Positions 11,281-27,400 of a stretch of 64,000 bases of DNA are shown in pieces. A program made the position numbers and the translations under genes. Each line of letters starts with the position of its first letter. Position 1 is the first letter of the stretch. The notes under the pieces are model-generated. The model worked only from the letters and a program-made list of their open reading frames with translations. It was not told the DNA's origin and ran no database searches. Where the stretch lies: assembly GCA_964276515.1 (NCBI GenBank), contig OZ193910.1:8370001-8434000 (forward strand), in the 5' to 3' direction. Source of the stretch: Gordius albopunctatus (taxonomy: Eukaryota).

Positions 11281-14200
11281 ATCAAGCTCTTTTACATAAA
11301 ATAACAAAAAATATATTTTTTAGGTTAAAATAATTCACAATTTTTTCCTTTCAACCATATTCAACCGATGAAAGTTGTTATTTTCAGACGTGATTTCCAT
11401 GATAAAAAGTCAAAATTTATCAGAATTAGAGAACTGTTACTTTTAAATCATCATCGCATAGAGCATGTTTCAAAAATTAAGCACTAACGTTGCGATACAA
11501 CAAACTAATCGCAACAAAATAACGTTGTCTTTTCTCAAAATGATTGTTCTCGCAGCTTAAAACTTCTTTCTTAAGTCAATCGAGCATAAAAGGTTTCTCA
11601 AATTGGCTTACTTTAATATATTTTTTCAAGCTCTTTTACATAAAATAACAAAAAATATATTTTTTCAGGATAAAATAATTCACAATTTTTTCCTTCAACC
11701 ATATTCAACCGATGAAAGTTGTTATTTTCAGACGTGATTTCCATGATAAAAAGTCAAAATTTATCAGAATTAGAGAACTGTTACTTTTAAATCATCATCG
11801 CATAGAGCATGTTTCAAAAATTAAGCACTAACGTTGCGATACAACAAACTAATCGCAACAAAATAACGTTGTCTTTTCTCAAAATGATTGTTCTCGCAGC
11901 TTAAAACTTCTTTCTTAAGTCAATCGAGCATAAAAGGTTTCTCAAATTAGCTTACTTTTATATATTTTATCAAGCTCTTTTACATAAAATAACAAAAAAT
12001 ATATTTTTTAGGTTAAAATAATTCACAATTTTTTCCTTTCAACCATATTCAACCGATAAAAGTTGTTATTTTCAGACGTGATTGCCATGATAAAAAGTTA
12101 AAATTTATCAGAATTAGAGAACCATTACTTTTAAATCATCATCGCATAGAGCATGTTTCAAAAATTAAGCACTAACGTTGCGATACAACTAACTAATCGA
12201 AACAATATAACGTTGTATTTTCTCAAAAAGATTGTTCTCGCAGCTTAAAACTTCTTTCTGAAGTCGATCGAGATTAATAGGATTCTCAAATGAGCTTACT
12301 TTTATATATTTTTTCAAGCTCTTTTACATAAAATAACAAAATAAATTTTTTTTCAGGTTAAAATAATTCACAATTTTTTCATTTCGGCCATATTCAACCG
12401 ATGAAAGTTGTTATTTTCAGACGTGATTTCCACGATAAAAAGTCAAAATTTATCAGAATTAGAGAACCATTAGATTTAAATCATCATCGCATAGAGCATG
12501 TTTCAAAAATTAAGCACTAACGTTGCGATACAACAAACTAATCCCAACAAAATAACGTTGTCTTTTCTCAAAATGATTGTTCTCGCAGCTTAAAACTTCT
12601 TATAAGGAGTCGATCGAGATTAATATGATTCTCAAATCAGCTTACTTTTATATATTTTTTCAAGCTCTTTTACATAAAATAACAAAAAATATATTGTTCA
12701 GGTTAAAATAATTCACAATTTTTTCCTTTCGGCCATATTCAACCGATGAAAGTTGTTATTTTCAGACGTGATTTCCATGATAAAAAGTCAAAATTTATCA
12801 GAATTAGAGAACTGTTACTTTTAAATCATCATCGCATAGAGCATGTTTCAAAAATTAAGCACTAACGTTGCGATACAACAAACTAATCGCAACAAAATAA
12901 CGTTGTCTTTTCTCAAAATGATTGTTCTCGCAGCTTAAAACTTCTTTCTTAAGTCAATCGAGCATAAAAGGTTTCTCAAATTGGCTTACTTTAATATATT
13001 TTTTCAAGCTCTTTTACATAAAATAACAAAAAATATATTTTTTCAGGATAAAATAATTCACAATTTTTTCCTTTCAACCATATTCAACTGATGAAAGTTG
13101 TTATTTTCAGACGTGATTTCCATGATAAAAAGTTAAAATTTATCAGAATTAGAGAACCATTACTTTTAAATCATCATCGCATAGAGCATGTTTCAAAAAT
13201 TAAGCACTAACGTTGCGATACAACTAACTAATCGCAACAATATAACGTTGTATTTTCTCAAAATGATTGTTCTCGCAGCTTAAAACTTCTTATAAGGAGT
13301 CGATCGAGATTAATAGGATTCTCAAATGATCTTACTTTTATATATTTTTTCAAGCTCTTTTACATAAAATAACAAAAAATATATTTTTTCAGGTTATAAT
13401 AATTCACAATTTTTTCCTTTCAACCATATTCAACCGATGAAAGTTGTTATTTTCAGACGTGATTTCCATGATAAAAAGTTAAAATTTATCAGAATTAGAG
13501 AACTATTACTTTTAAATCATCATCGCATAGAGCATGTTTCAAAAATTAAGCACTCACGTTGCGATACAACAAACTAATCGCAACAAGATAACGTTGTCTT
13601 TTCGCAAAATGATAGTTCTCGCAGCTTGAAACATCTTATAAGGAGTCGATCGAGAATAATAGGATTCTCAAATTAGCTTACTTTTATATATTTTATCAAG
13701 CTCTTTTACATAAAATAACAAAAAATATATTTTTTAGGTTAAAATAATTCACAATTTTTGCCTTTCAACCATATTCAACCGATAAATGTTGTTATTTTCA
13801 GACGTGATTTCCATGATAAAAAGTCTAAATTTATCAGAATTAGAGAACTGTTACTTTTAAATCATCATCGCATAGAGCATGTTTCAAAAATTAAGCACTA
13901 ACGTTGCGATACAACAAACTAATCGCAACAAAATAACGTTGTCTTTTCGCAAAATGATAGTTCTCGCAGCTTGAAACATCTTATAAGGAGTCGATCGAGA
14001 ATAATAGGATTCTCAAATTAGCTTACTTTTATATATTTTATCAAGCTCTTTTACATAAAATAACAAAAAATATATTTTTTAGGTTAAAATAATTCACAAT
14101 TTTTTCCTTTCAACCATATTCAACCGATGAAAGTTGTTATTTTCAGACGTGATTTCCATGATAAAAAGTTAAAATTTATCAGAATTAGAGAACTATTACT

Positions 14201-17200
14201 TTTAAATCATCATCGCATAGAGCATGTTTCAAAAATTAAGCACTCACGTTGCGATACAACAAACTAATCGCAACAAGATAACGTTGTCTTTTCGCAAAAT
14301 GATAGTTCTCGCAGCTTGAAACATCTTATAAGGAGTCGATCGAGAATAATAGGATTCTCAAATTAGCTTACTTTTATATATTTTATCAAGCTCTTTTACA
14401 TAAAATAACAAAAAATATATTTTTTAGGTTAAAATAATTCACAATTTTTTCCTTTCAACCATATTCAACCGATAAATGTTGTTATTTTCAGACGTGATTT
14501 CCATGATAAAAAGTCAAAATTTATCAGAATTAGAGAACTGTTACTTTTAAATCATCATCGCATAGAGCATGTTTCAAAAATTAAGCACTAACGTTGCGAT
14601 ACAACAAACTAATCGCAACAAAATAACGTTGTCTTTTCGCAAAATGATAGTTCTCGCAGCTTGAAACATCTTATAAGGAGTCGATCGAGAATAATAGGAT
14701 TCTCAAATTAGCTTACTTTTATATATTTTATCAAGCTCTTTTACATAAAATAACAAAAAATATATTTTTTAGGTTAAAATAATTCACAATTTTTTCCTTT
14801 CAACCATATTCAACCGATGAAAGTTGTTATTTTCAGACGTGATTTCCATGATAAAAAGTTAAAATTTATCAGAATTAGAGAACTATTACTTTTAAATCAT
14901 CATCGCATAGAGCATGTTTCAAAAATTAAGCACTCACGTTGCGATACAACAAACTAATCGCAACAAGATAACGTTGTCTTTTCGCAAAATGATAGTTCTC
15001 GCAGCTTGAAACATCTTATAAGGAGTCGATCGAGAATAATAGGATTCTCAAATTAGCTTACTTTTATATATTTTTTCAAGCTCTTTTACATAAAATAACA
15101 AAATAAATTTTTTTTCAGGTTAAAATAATTCACAATTTTTTCATTTCGGCCATATTCAACCGATGAAAGTTGTTATTTTCAGACGTGATTTCCACGATAA
15201 AAAGTCAAAATTTATCAGAATTAGAGAACCATTAGATTTAAAACATCATCGCATAGAGCATGTTTCAAAAATTAAGCACTAACGTTGCGATACAACTAAC
15301 TAATCGCAACAATATAACGTTGTCTTTTCTCAAAATGATTGTTCTCGTAGCTTAAAACTTCTTATAAGGAGTCGATCGAGATTAATAGGATTCTCAAATC
15401 AGCTTACTTTTATATATTTTTTCAAGCTCTTTTACATAAAATAACAAAAAATATATTGTTCAGGTGATAATAATTCACAATTTTTTCCTTTAGGCCATAT
15501 TCAACCGATAAATGTTGTTATTTTCAGACGTGATTTCCATGATAAAAAGTCAAAATTTATCAGAATTAGAGAACTGTTACTTTTAAATCATCATCGCATA
15601 GAGCATGTTTCAAAAATTAAGCACTAACGTTGCGATACAACAAACTAATCGCAACAAAATAACGTTGTCTTTTCGCAAAATGATAGTTCTCGCAGCTTGA
15701 AACATCTTATAAGGAGTCGATCGAGAATAATAGGATTCTCAAATTAGCTTACTTTTATATATTTTATCAAGCTCTTTTACATAAAATAACAAAAAATATA
15801 TTTTTTAGGTTAAAATAATTCACAATTTTTTCCTTTCAACCATATTCAACCGATAAAAGTTGTTATTTTCAGACGTGATTTCCATGATAAAAAGTTAAAA
15901 TTTATCAGAATTAGAGAACCATTACTTTTAAATCATCATCGCATAGAGCATGTTTCAAAAATTAAGCACTAACGTTGGGATACAACGAACTAATCGCAAC
16001 AATATAACGTTGTCTTTTCTCAAAATGATTGTTCTCGCAGCTTAAAACTTCTTATAAGGAGTCGATCGAGATTAATAGGATTCTCAAATGAGCTTACTTT
16101 TATATATTTTTTCAAGCTCTTTTACATAAAATAACAAAATAAATTTTTTTTCAGGTTAAAATAATTCACAATTTTTTCATTTCGGCCATATTCAACCGAT
16201 GAAAGTTGTTATTTTCAGACGTGATTTCCACGATAAAAAGTCAAAATTTATCAGAATTAGAGAACCATTAGATTTAAAACATCATCGCATAGAGCATGTT
16301 TCAAAAATTAAGCACTAACGTTGCGATACAACTAACTAATCGCAACAATATAACGTTGTCTTTTCTCAAAATGATTGTTCTCGTAGCTTAAAACTTCTTA
16401 TAAGGAGTCGATCGAGATTAATAGGATTCTCAAATCAGCTTACTTTTATATATTTTTTCAAGCTCTTTTACATAAAATAACAAAAAATATATTGTTCAGG
16501 TGATAATAATTCACAATTTTTTCCTTTAGGCCATATTCAACCGATGAAAGTTGTTATTTTCAGACGTGATTTCCATGATAAAAAGTCAAAATTTATCAGA
16601 ATTAGAGAACTGTTACTTTTAAATCATCATCGCATAGAGCATGTTTCAAAAATTAAGCACTAACGTTGCGATACAACAAACTAATCGCAACAAGATAACG
16701 TTGTCTTTTCGCAAAATGATAGTTCTCGCAGCTTGAAACATCTTATAAGGAGTCGATCGAGAATAATAGGATTCTCAAATTAGCTTACTTTTATATATTT
16801 TATCAAGCTCTTTTACATAAAATAACAAAAAATATATTTTTTAGGTTAAAATAATTCACAATTTTTTCCTTTCAACCATATTCAACCGATAAATGTTGTT
16901 ATTTTCAGACGTGATTTCCATGATAAAAAGTCAAAATTTATCAGAATTAGAGAACTGTTACTTTTAAATCATCATCGCATAGAGCATGTTTCAAAAATTA
17001 AGCACTAACGTTGCGATACAACAAACTAATCGCAACAAGATAACGTTGTCTTTTCGCAAAATGATAGTTCTCGCAGCTTGAAACATCTTATAAGGAGTCG
17101 ATCGAGAATAATAGGATTCTCAAATTAGCTTACTTTTATATATTTTATCAAGCTCTTTTACATAAAATAACAAAAAATATATTTTTTAGGTTAAAATAAT

Positions 17201-20200
17201 TCACAATTTTTTCCTTTCAACCATATTCAACCGATAAAAGTTGTTATTTTCAGACGTGATTTCCATGATAAAAAGTTAAAATTTATCAGAATTAGAGAAC
17301 CATTACTTTTAAATCATCATCGCATAGAGCATGTTTCAAAAATTAAGCACTAACGTTGCGATACAACTAACTAATCGAAACAATATAACGTTGTATTTTC
17401 TCAAAATGATTGTTCTCGCAGCTTAAAACTTCTTTCTGAAGTCGATCGAGATTAATAGGATTCTCAAATGAGCTTACTTTTATATATTTTTTCAAGCTCT
17501 TTTACATAAAATAACAAAAAATATATTTTTTAGGTTAAAATAATTCACAATTTTTTCCTTTCAACCATATTCAACCGATAAAAGTTGTTATTTTCAGACG
17601 TGATTTCCATGATAAAAAGTTAAAATATATCAGAATTAGAGAACCATTACTTTTAAATCATCATCGCATAGAGCATGTTTCAAAAATTAAGCACTAACGT
17701 TGCGATACAACTAACTAATCGAAACAATATAACGTTGTATTTTCTCAAAATGATTGTTCTCGCAGCTTAAAACTTCTTTCTGAAGTCGATCGAGAATAAT
17801 AGGATTCTCAAATTAGCTTACTTTTATATATTTTATCAAGCTCTTTTACATAAAATAACAAAAAATATATTTTATAGGTTAAAATAATTCACAATTTTTT
17901 CCTTTCAACCATATTCAACCGATAAATGTTGTTATTTTCAGACGTGATTTCCATGATAAAAAGTTAAAATTTATCAGAATTAGAGAACCATTACTTTTAA
18001 ATCATCATCGCATAGAGCATGTTTCAAAAATTAAGCACTAACGTTGCGATACAACTAACTAATCGAAACAATATAACGTTGTATTTTCTCAAAATGATTG
18101 TTCTCGCAGCTTAAAACTTCTTTCTGAAGTCGATCGAGATTAATAGGATTCTCAAATTAGCTTACTTTTATATATTTTTTCAAGCTCTTTTACATAAAAT
18201 AACAAAAAATATATTTTTTAGGTTAAAATAATTCACAATTTTTTCCTTTCAACCATATTCAACCGATAAAAGTTGTTATTTTCAGACGTGATTTCCATGA
18301 TAAAAAGTTAAAATATATCAGAATTAGAGAACCATTACTTTTAAATCATCATCGCATAGAGCATGTTTCAAAAATTAAGCACTAACGTTGCGATACAACT
18401 AACTAATCGAAACAATATAACGTTGTATTTTCTCAAAATGATTGTTCTCGCAGCTTAAAACTTCTTTCTTAAGTCAATCGAGCATAAAAGGTTTCTCAAA
18501 TTAGCTTACTTTTATATATTTTATCAAGCTCTTTTACATAAAATAACAAAAAATATATTTTTTAGGTTAAAATAATTCACAATTTTTTCCTTTCAACCAT
18601 ATTCAACCGATAAAAGTTGTTATTTTCAGACGTGATTTCCATGATAAAAAGTTAAAATTTATCAGAATTAGAGAACCATTACTTTTAAATCATCATCGCA
18701 TAGAGCATGTTTCAAAAATTAAGCACTAACGTTGCGATACAACTAACTAATCGAAACAATATAACGTTGTATTTTCTCAAAATGATTGTTCTCGCAGCTT
18801 AAAACTTCTTTCTGAAGTCGATCGAGATTAATAGGATTCTCAAATGAGCTTACTTTTATATATTTTTTCAAGCTCTTTTACATAAAATAACAAAAAATAT
18901 ATTTTTTCAGGTTATAATAATTCACAATTTTTTCCTTTCAACCATATTCAACCGATGAAAGTTGTTATTTTCAGACGTGATTTCCATGATAAAAAGTCAA
19001 AATTTATCAGAATTAGAGAACTGTTACTTTTAAATCATCATCGCATAGAGCATGTTTCAAAAATTAAGCACTAACGTTGCGATACAACAAACTAATCGCA
19101 ACAAAATAACGTTGTCTTTTCTCAAAATGATTGTTCTCGCAGCTTAAAACTTCTTTCTTAAGTCAATCGAGCATAAAAGGTTTCTCAAATTAGCTTACTT
19201 TTATATATTTTATCAAGCTCTTTTACATAAAATAACAAAAAATATATTTTTTAGGTTAAAATAATTCACAATTTTTTCCTTTCAACCATATTCAACCGAT
19301 AAAAGTTGTTATTTTCAGACGTGATTTCCATGATAAAAAGTTAAAATTTATCAGAATTAGAGAACCATTACTTTTAAATCATCATCGCATAGAGCATGTT
19401 TCAAAAATTAAGCACTAACGTTGCGATACAACTAACTAATCGAAACAATATAACGTTGTATTTTCTCAAAAAGATTGTTCTCGCAGCTTAAAACTTCTTT
19501 CTGAAGTCGATCGAGATTAATAGGATTCTCAAATGAGCTTACTTTTATATATTTTTTCAAGCTCTTTTACATAAAATAACAAAATAAATTTTTTTTCAGG
19601 TTAAAATAATTCACAATTTTTTCATTTCGGCCATATTCAACCGATGAAAGTTGTTATTTTCAGACGTGATTTCCACGATAAAAAGTCAAAATTTATCAGA
19701 ATTAGAGAACCATTAGATTTAAATCATCATCGCATAGAGCATGTTTCAAAAATTAAGCACTAACGTTGCGATACAACTAACTAATCGCAAAAATATAACG
19801 TTGTCTTTTCTCAAAATGATTGTTCTCGTAGCTTAAAACTTCTTATAAGGAGTCGATCGAGATTAATAGGATTCTCAAATCAGCTTACTTTTATATATTT
19901 TTTCAAGCTCTTTTACATAAAATAACAAAAAATATATTGTTCAGGTTAAAATAATTCACAATTTTTTCCTTTCGGCCATATTCAACCGATGAAAGTTGTT
20001 ATTTTCAGACGTGATTTCCATGATAAAAAGTCAAAATTTATCAGAATTAGAGAACTGTTACTTTTAAATCATCATCGCATAGAGCATGTTTCAAAAATTA
20101 AGGACTAACGTTGCGATACAACAAACTAATCGCAACAAAATAACGTTGTCTTTTCTCAAAATGATTGTTCTCGCAGCTTAAAACTTCTTTCTGAAGTCGA

Positions 20201-21439
20201 TCGAGATTAATAGGATTCTCAAATGAGCTTACTTTTATATATTTTTTCAAGCTCTTTTACATAAAATAACAAAATAAATTTTTTTTCAGGTTAAAATAAT
20301 TCACAATTTTTTCATTTCGGCCATATTCAACCGATGAAAGTTGTTATTTTCAGACGTGATTTCCACGATAAAAAGTCAAAATTTATCAGAATTAGAGAAC
20401 CATTAGATTTAAATCATCATCGCATAGAGCATGTTTCAAAAATTAAGCACTAACGTTGCCATACAACTAACTAATCGCAACAATATAACGTTGTCTTTTC
20501 TCAAAATGATTGTTCTCGCAGCTTAAAACTTCTTATAAGGAGTCGATCGAGATTAATAGGATTCTCAAATCAGCTTACTTTTATATATTTTTTCAAGCTC
20601 TTTTACATAAAATAACAAAAAATATATTTTTCAGGTTTAAATAATTCACAATTTTTTCCTTTCAACCATATTCAACCGATGAAAGTTGTTATTTTCAGAC
20701 GTGATTTCCATGATAAAAAGTTAAAATTTATCAGAATTAGAGAACCATTACTTTTAAATCATCATCGCATAGAGCATGTTTCAAAAATTAAGCACTAACG
20801 TTGCGATACAACTAACTAATCGCAACAATATAACGTTGTCTTTTCTCAAAATGATTGTTCTCGCAGCTTAAAACTTCTTATAAGGAGTCGATCGAGATTA
20901 ATAGGATTCTCAAATCAGCTTACTTTTATATATTTTTTCAAGCTCTTTTACATAAAATAACAAAAAATATATTGTTCAGGTTAAAATAATTCACAATTTT
21001 TTCCTTTCGGCCATATTCAACCGATGAAAGTTGTTATTTTCAGACGTGATTTCCATGATAAAAAGTCAAAATTTATCAGAATTAGAGAACCATTACTTTT
21101 AAATCATCATCGCATAGAGCATGTTTCAAAAATTAAGCACTAACGTTGCGATACAACTAACTAATCGCAACAAAATAACGTTGTCTTTTCTCAAAATGAT
21201 TGTTCTCGCAGCTTAAAACTTCTTTCTTAAGTCAATCGAGCATAAAAGGTTTCTCAAATTGGCTTACTTTAATATATTTTTTCAAGCTCTTTTACATAAA
21301 ATAACAAAAAATATATTTTTTCAGGATAAAATAATTCACAATTTTTTCCTTCAACCATATTCAACCGATGAAAGTTGTTATTTTCAGACGTGATTTCCAT
21401 GATAAAAAGTCAAAATTTATCAGAATTAGAGAACTGTTA

Positions 21440-24400
21440 CTTTTAAATCATCATCGCATAGAGCATGTTTCAAAAATTAAGCACTAACGTTGCGATACAA
21501 CAAACTAATCGCAACAAAATAACGTTGTCTTTTCTCAAAATGATTGATCTCGCAGCTTAAAACTTCTTTCTTAAGTCAATCGAGATTAATAGGATTCTCA
21601 AATGAGCTTACTTTTATATATTTTTTCAAGCTCTTTTACATAAAATAACAAAATAAATTTTTTTTCAGGTTAAAATAATTCACAATTTTTTCATTTCGGC
21701 CATATTCAACCGATGAAAGTTGTTATTTTCAGACGTGATTTCCACGATAAAAAGTTAAAATTTATCAGAATTAGAGAACCATTAGATTTAAATCATCATC
21801 GCATAGAGCATGTTTCAAAAATTAAGCACTAACGTTGCGATACAACTAACTAATCGCAACAAAATAACGTTGTCTTTTCTCAAAATGATTGTTCTCGCAG
21901 CTTAAAACTTCTTTCTTAAGTCAATCGAGCATAAAAGGTTTCTCAAATTAGCTTACTTTTATATATTTTATCAAGCTCTTTTACATAAAATAACAAAAAA
22001 TATATTTTTTAGGTTAAAATAATTCACAATTTTTTCCTTTCAACCATATTCAACCGATAAAAGTTGTTATTTTCAGACGTGATTTCCATGATAAAAAGTT
22101 AAAATTTATCAGAATTAGAGAACCATTACTTTTAAATCATCATCGCATAGAGCATGTTTCAAAAATTAAGCACTAACGTTGCGATACAACTAACTAATCG
22201 AAACAATATAACGTTGTATTTTCTCAAAATGATTGTTCTCGCAGCTTAAAACTTCTTTCTGAAGTCGATCGAGATTAATAGGATTCTCAAATGAGCTTAC
22301 TTTTATATATTTTTTCAAGCTCTTTTACATAAAATAACAAAAAATATATTTTTTCAGGTTATAATAATTCACAATTTTTTCCTTTCAACCATATTCAACC
22401 GATGAAAGTTGTTATTTTCAGACGTGATTTCCATGATAAAAAGTTAAAATTTATCAGAATTAGAGAACTATTACTTTTAAATCATCATCGCATAGAGCAT
22501 GTTTCAAAAATTAAGCACTAACGTTGCGATACAACTAACTAATCGCAACAAAATAACGTTGTCTTTTCTCAAAATGATTGTTCTCGCAGCTTAAAACTTC
22601 TTTCTTAAGTCAATCGAGCATAAAAGGTTTCTCAAATTAGCTTACTTTTATATATTTTATCAAGCTCTTTTACATAAAATAACAAAAAATATATTTTTTA
22701 GGTTAAAATAATTCACAATTTTTTCCTTTCAACCATATTCAACCGATAAAAGTTGTTATTTTCAGACGTGATTTCCATGATAAAAAGTTAAAATTTATCA
22801 GAATTAGAGAACCATTACTTTTAAATCATCATCGCATAGAGCATGTTTCAAAAATTAAGCACTAACGTTGCGATACAACTAACTAATCGAAACAATATAA
22901 CGTTGTATTTTCTCAAAATGATTGTTCTCGCAGCTTAAAACTTCTTTCTGAAGTCGATCGAGATTAATAGGATTCTCAAATTAGCTTACTTTTATATATT
23001 TTATCAAGCTCTTTTACATAAAATAACAAAAAATATATTTTTTAGGTTAAAATAATTCACAATTTTTTCCTTTCAACCATATTCAACCGATAAATGTTGT
23101 TATTTTTAGACGTGATTTCCATGATAAAAAGTCAAAATTTATCAGAATTAGAGAACTGTTACTTTTAAATCATCATCGCATAGAGCATGTTTCAAAAATT
23201 AAGGACTAACGTTGCGATACAACAAACTAATCGCAACAAAATAACGTTGTCTTTTCTCAAAATGATTGTTCTCGCAGCTTAAAACTTCTTTCTTAAGTCA
23301 ATCGAGCATAAAAGGTTTCTCAAATTAGCTTACTTTTATATATTTTATCAAGCTCTTTTACATAAAATAACAAAAAATATATTTTTTAGGTTAAAATAAT
23401 TCACAATTTTTTCCTTTCAACCATATTCAACCGATAAAAGTTGTTATTTTCAGACGTGATTTCCATGATAAAAAGTTAAAATTTATCAGAATTAGAGAAC
23501 CATTACTTTTAAATCATCATCGCATAGAGCATGTTTCAAAAATTAAGCACTAACGTTGCGATACAACTAACTAATCGAAACAATATAACGTTGTATTTTC
23601 TCAAAAAGATTGTTCTCGCAGCTTAAAACTTCTTTCTGAAGTCGATCGAGATTAATAGGATTCTCAAATGAGCTTACTTTTATATATTTTTTCAAGCTCT
23701 TTTACATAAAATAACAAAATAAATTTTTTTTCAGGTTAAAATAATTCACAATTTTTTCATTTCGGCCATATTCAACCGATGAAAGTTGTTATTTTCAGAC
23801 GTGATTTCCACGATAAAAAGTCAAAATTTATCAGAATTAGAGAACCATTAGATTTAAATCATCATCGCATAGAGCATGTTTCAAAAATTAAGCACTAACG
23901 TTGCGATACAACTAACTAATCGCAACAATATAACGTTGTCTTTTCTCAAAATGATTGTTCTCGCAGCTTAAAACTTCGTATAAGGAGTCGATCGAGATTA
24001 ATAGGATTCTCAAATGATCTTACTTTTATATATTTTTTCAAGCTCTTTTACATAAAATAACAAAAAATATATTTTTTCAGGTTATAATAATTCACAATTT
24101 TTTCCTTTCAACCATATTCAACCGATGAAAGTTGTTATTTTCAGACGTGATTTCCATGATAAAAAGTTAAAATTTATCAGAATTAGAGAACTATTACTTT
24201 TAAATCATCATCGCATAGAGCATGTTTCAAAAATTAAGCACTCACGTTGCGATACAACAAACTAATCGCAACAAGATAACGTTGTCTTTTCGCAAAATGA
24301 TAGTTCTCGCAGCTTGAAACATCTTATAAGGAGTCGATCGAGATTAATAGGATTCTCAAATGATCTTACTTTTATATATTTTTTCAAGCTCTTTTACATA

Positions 24401-27400
24401 AAATAACAAAAAATATATTTTTTCAGGTTATAATAATTCACAATTTTTTCCTTTCAACCATATTCAACCGATGAAAGTTGTTATTTTCAGACGTGATTTC
24501 CATGATAAAAAGTTAAAATTTATCAGAATTAGAGAACTATTACTTTTAAATCATCATCGCATAGAGCATGTTTCAAAAATTAAGCACTAACGTTGCGATA
24601 CAACTAACTAATCGCAACAAAATAACGTTGTCTTTTCTCAAAATGATTGTTCTCGCAGCTTAAAACTTCTTTCTTAAGTCAATCGAGCATAAAAGGTTTC
24701 TCAAATTAGCTTACTTTTATATATTTTATCAAGCTCTTTTACATAAAATAACAAAAAATATATTTTTTAGGTTAAAATAATTCACAATTTTTTCCTTTCA
24801 ACCATATTCAACCGATAAAAGTTGTTATTTTCAGACGTGATTTCCATGATAAAAAGTTAAAATTTATCAGAATTAGAGAACTATTACTTTTAAATCATCA
24901 TCGCATAGAGCATGTTTCAAAAATTAAGCACTCACGTTGCGATACAACAAACTAATCGCAACAAGATAACGTTGTCTTTTCGCAAAATGATAGTTCTCGC
25001 AGCTTGAAACATCTTATAAGGAGTCGATCGAGAATAATAGGATTCTCAAATTAGCTTACTTTTATATATTTTATCAAGCTCTTTTACATAAAATAACAAA
25101 AAATATATTTTTTAGGTTAAAATAATTCACAATTTTTTCCTTTCAACCATATTCAACCGATAAATGTTGTTATTTTTAGACGTGATTTCCATGATAAAAA
25201 GTCAAAATTTATCAGAATTAGAGAACTGTTACTTTTAAATCATCATCGCATAGAGCATGTTTCAAAAATTAAGGACTAACGTTGCGATACAACAAACTAA
25301 TCGCAACAAAATAACGTTGTCTTTTCTCAAAATGATTGTTCTCGCAGCTTAAAACTTCTTTCTTAAGTCAATCGAGCATAAAAGGTTTCTCAAATTGGCT
25401 TACTTTAATATATTTTTTCAAGCTCTTTTACATAAAATAACAAAAAATATATTTTTTCAGGATAAAATAATTCACAATTTTTTCCTTTCAACCATATTCA
25501 ACTGATGAAAGTTGTTATTTTCAGACGTGATTTCCATGATAAAAAGTTAAAATTTATCAGAATTAGAGAACCATTACTTTTAAATCATCATCGCATAGAG
25601 CATGTTTCAAAAATTAAGCACTAACGTTGGGATACAACTAACTAATCGCAACAAAATAACGTTGTCTTTTCTCAAAATGATTGTTCTCGCAGCTTAAAAC
25701 TTCTTTCTTAAGTCAATTGAGCATAAAAGGTTTCTCAAATTGGCTTACTTTAATATATTTTTTCAAGCTCTTTTACATAAAATAACAAAAAATATATTTT
25801 TTCAGGATAAAATAATTCACAATTTTTTCCTTTCAACCATATTCAACTGATGAAAGTTGTTATTTTCAGACGTGATTTCCATGATTAAAAGTTAAAATTT
25901 ATCAGAATTAGAGAACCATTACTTTTAAATCATCATCGCATAGAGCATGTTTCAAAAATTAAGCACTAACGTTGCGATACAACTAACTAATCGCAACAAT
26001 ATAACGTTGTATTTTCTCAAAATGATTGTTCTCGCAGCTTAAAACTTCTTATAAGGAGTCGATCGAGATTAATAGGATTCTCAAATGATCTTACTTTTAT
26101 ATATTTTTTCAAGCTCTTTTACATAAAATAACAAAAAATATATTTTTTCAGGTTATAATAATTCACAATTTTTTCCTTTCAACCATATTCAACCGATGAA
26201 AGTTGTTATTTTCAGACGTGATTTCCATGATAAAAAGTTAAAATTTATCAGAATTAGAGAACTATTACTTTTAAATCATCATCGCATAGAGCATGTTTCA
26301 AAAATTAAGCACTCACGTTGCGATACAACAAACTAATCGCAACAAGATAACGTTGTCTTTTCGCAAAATGATAGTTCTCGCAGCTTGAAACATCTTATAA
26401 GGAGTCGATCGAGATTAATAGGATTCTCAAATGATCTTACTTTTATATATTTTTTCAAGCTCTTTTACATAAAATAACAAAAAATATATTTTTTCAGGTT
26501 ATAATAATTTACAATTTTTTCCTTTCAACCATATTCAACCGATGAAAGTTGTTATTTTCAGACGTGATTTCCATGATAAAAAGTTAAAATTTATCAGAAT
26601 TAGAGAACTATTACTTTTAAATCATCATCGCATAGAGCATGTTTCAAAAATTAAGCACTAACGTTGCGATACAACTAACTAATCGCAACAAAATAACGTT
26701 GTCTTTTCTCAAAATGATTGTTCTCGCAGCTTAAAACTTCTTTCTTAAGTCAATCGAGCATAAAAGGTTTCTCAAATTAGCTTACTTTTATATATTTTAT
26801 CAAGCTCTTTTACATAAAATAACAAAAAATATATTTTTTAGGTTAAAATAATTCACAATTTTTTCCTTTCAACCATATTCAACCGATAAAAGTTGTTATT
26901 TTCAGACGTGATTTCCATGATAAAAAGTTAAAATTTATCAGAATTAGAGAACCATTACTTTTAAATCATCATCGCATAGAGCATGTTTCAAAAATTAAGC
27001 ACTAACGTTGCGATACAACAAACTAATCGCAACAAAATAACGTTGTCTTTTCTCAAAATGATTGATCTCGCAGCTTAAAACTTCTTTCTTAAGTCAATCG
27101 AGATTAATAGGATTCTCAAATGAGCTTACTTTTATATATTTTTTCAAGCTCTTTTACATAAAATAACAAAATAAATTTTTTTTCAGGTTAAAATAATTCA
27201 CAATTTTTTCATTTCGGCCATATTCAACCGATGAAAGTTGTTATTTTCAGACGTGATTTCCACGATAAAAAGTTAAAATTTATCAGAATTAGAGAACCAT
27301 TAGATTTAAATCATCATCGCATAGAGCATGTTTCAAAAATTAAGCACTAACGTTGCGATACAACTAACTAATCGCAACAAAATAACGTTGTCTTTTCTCA

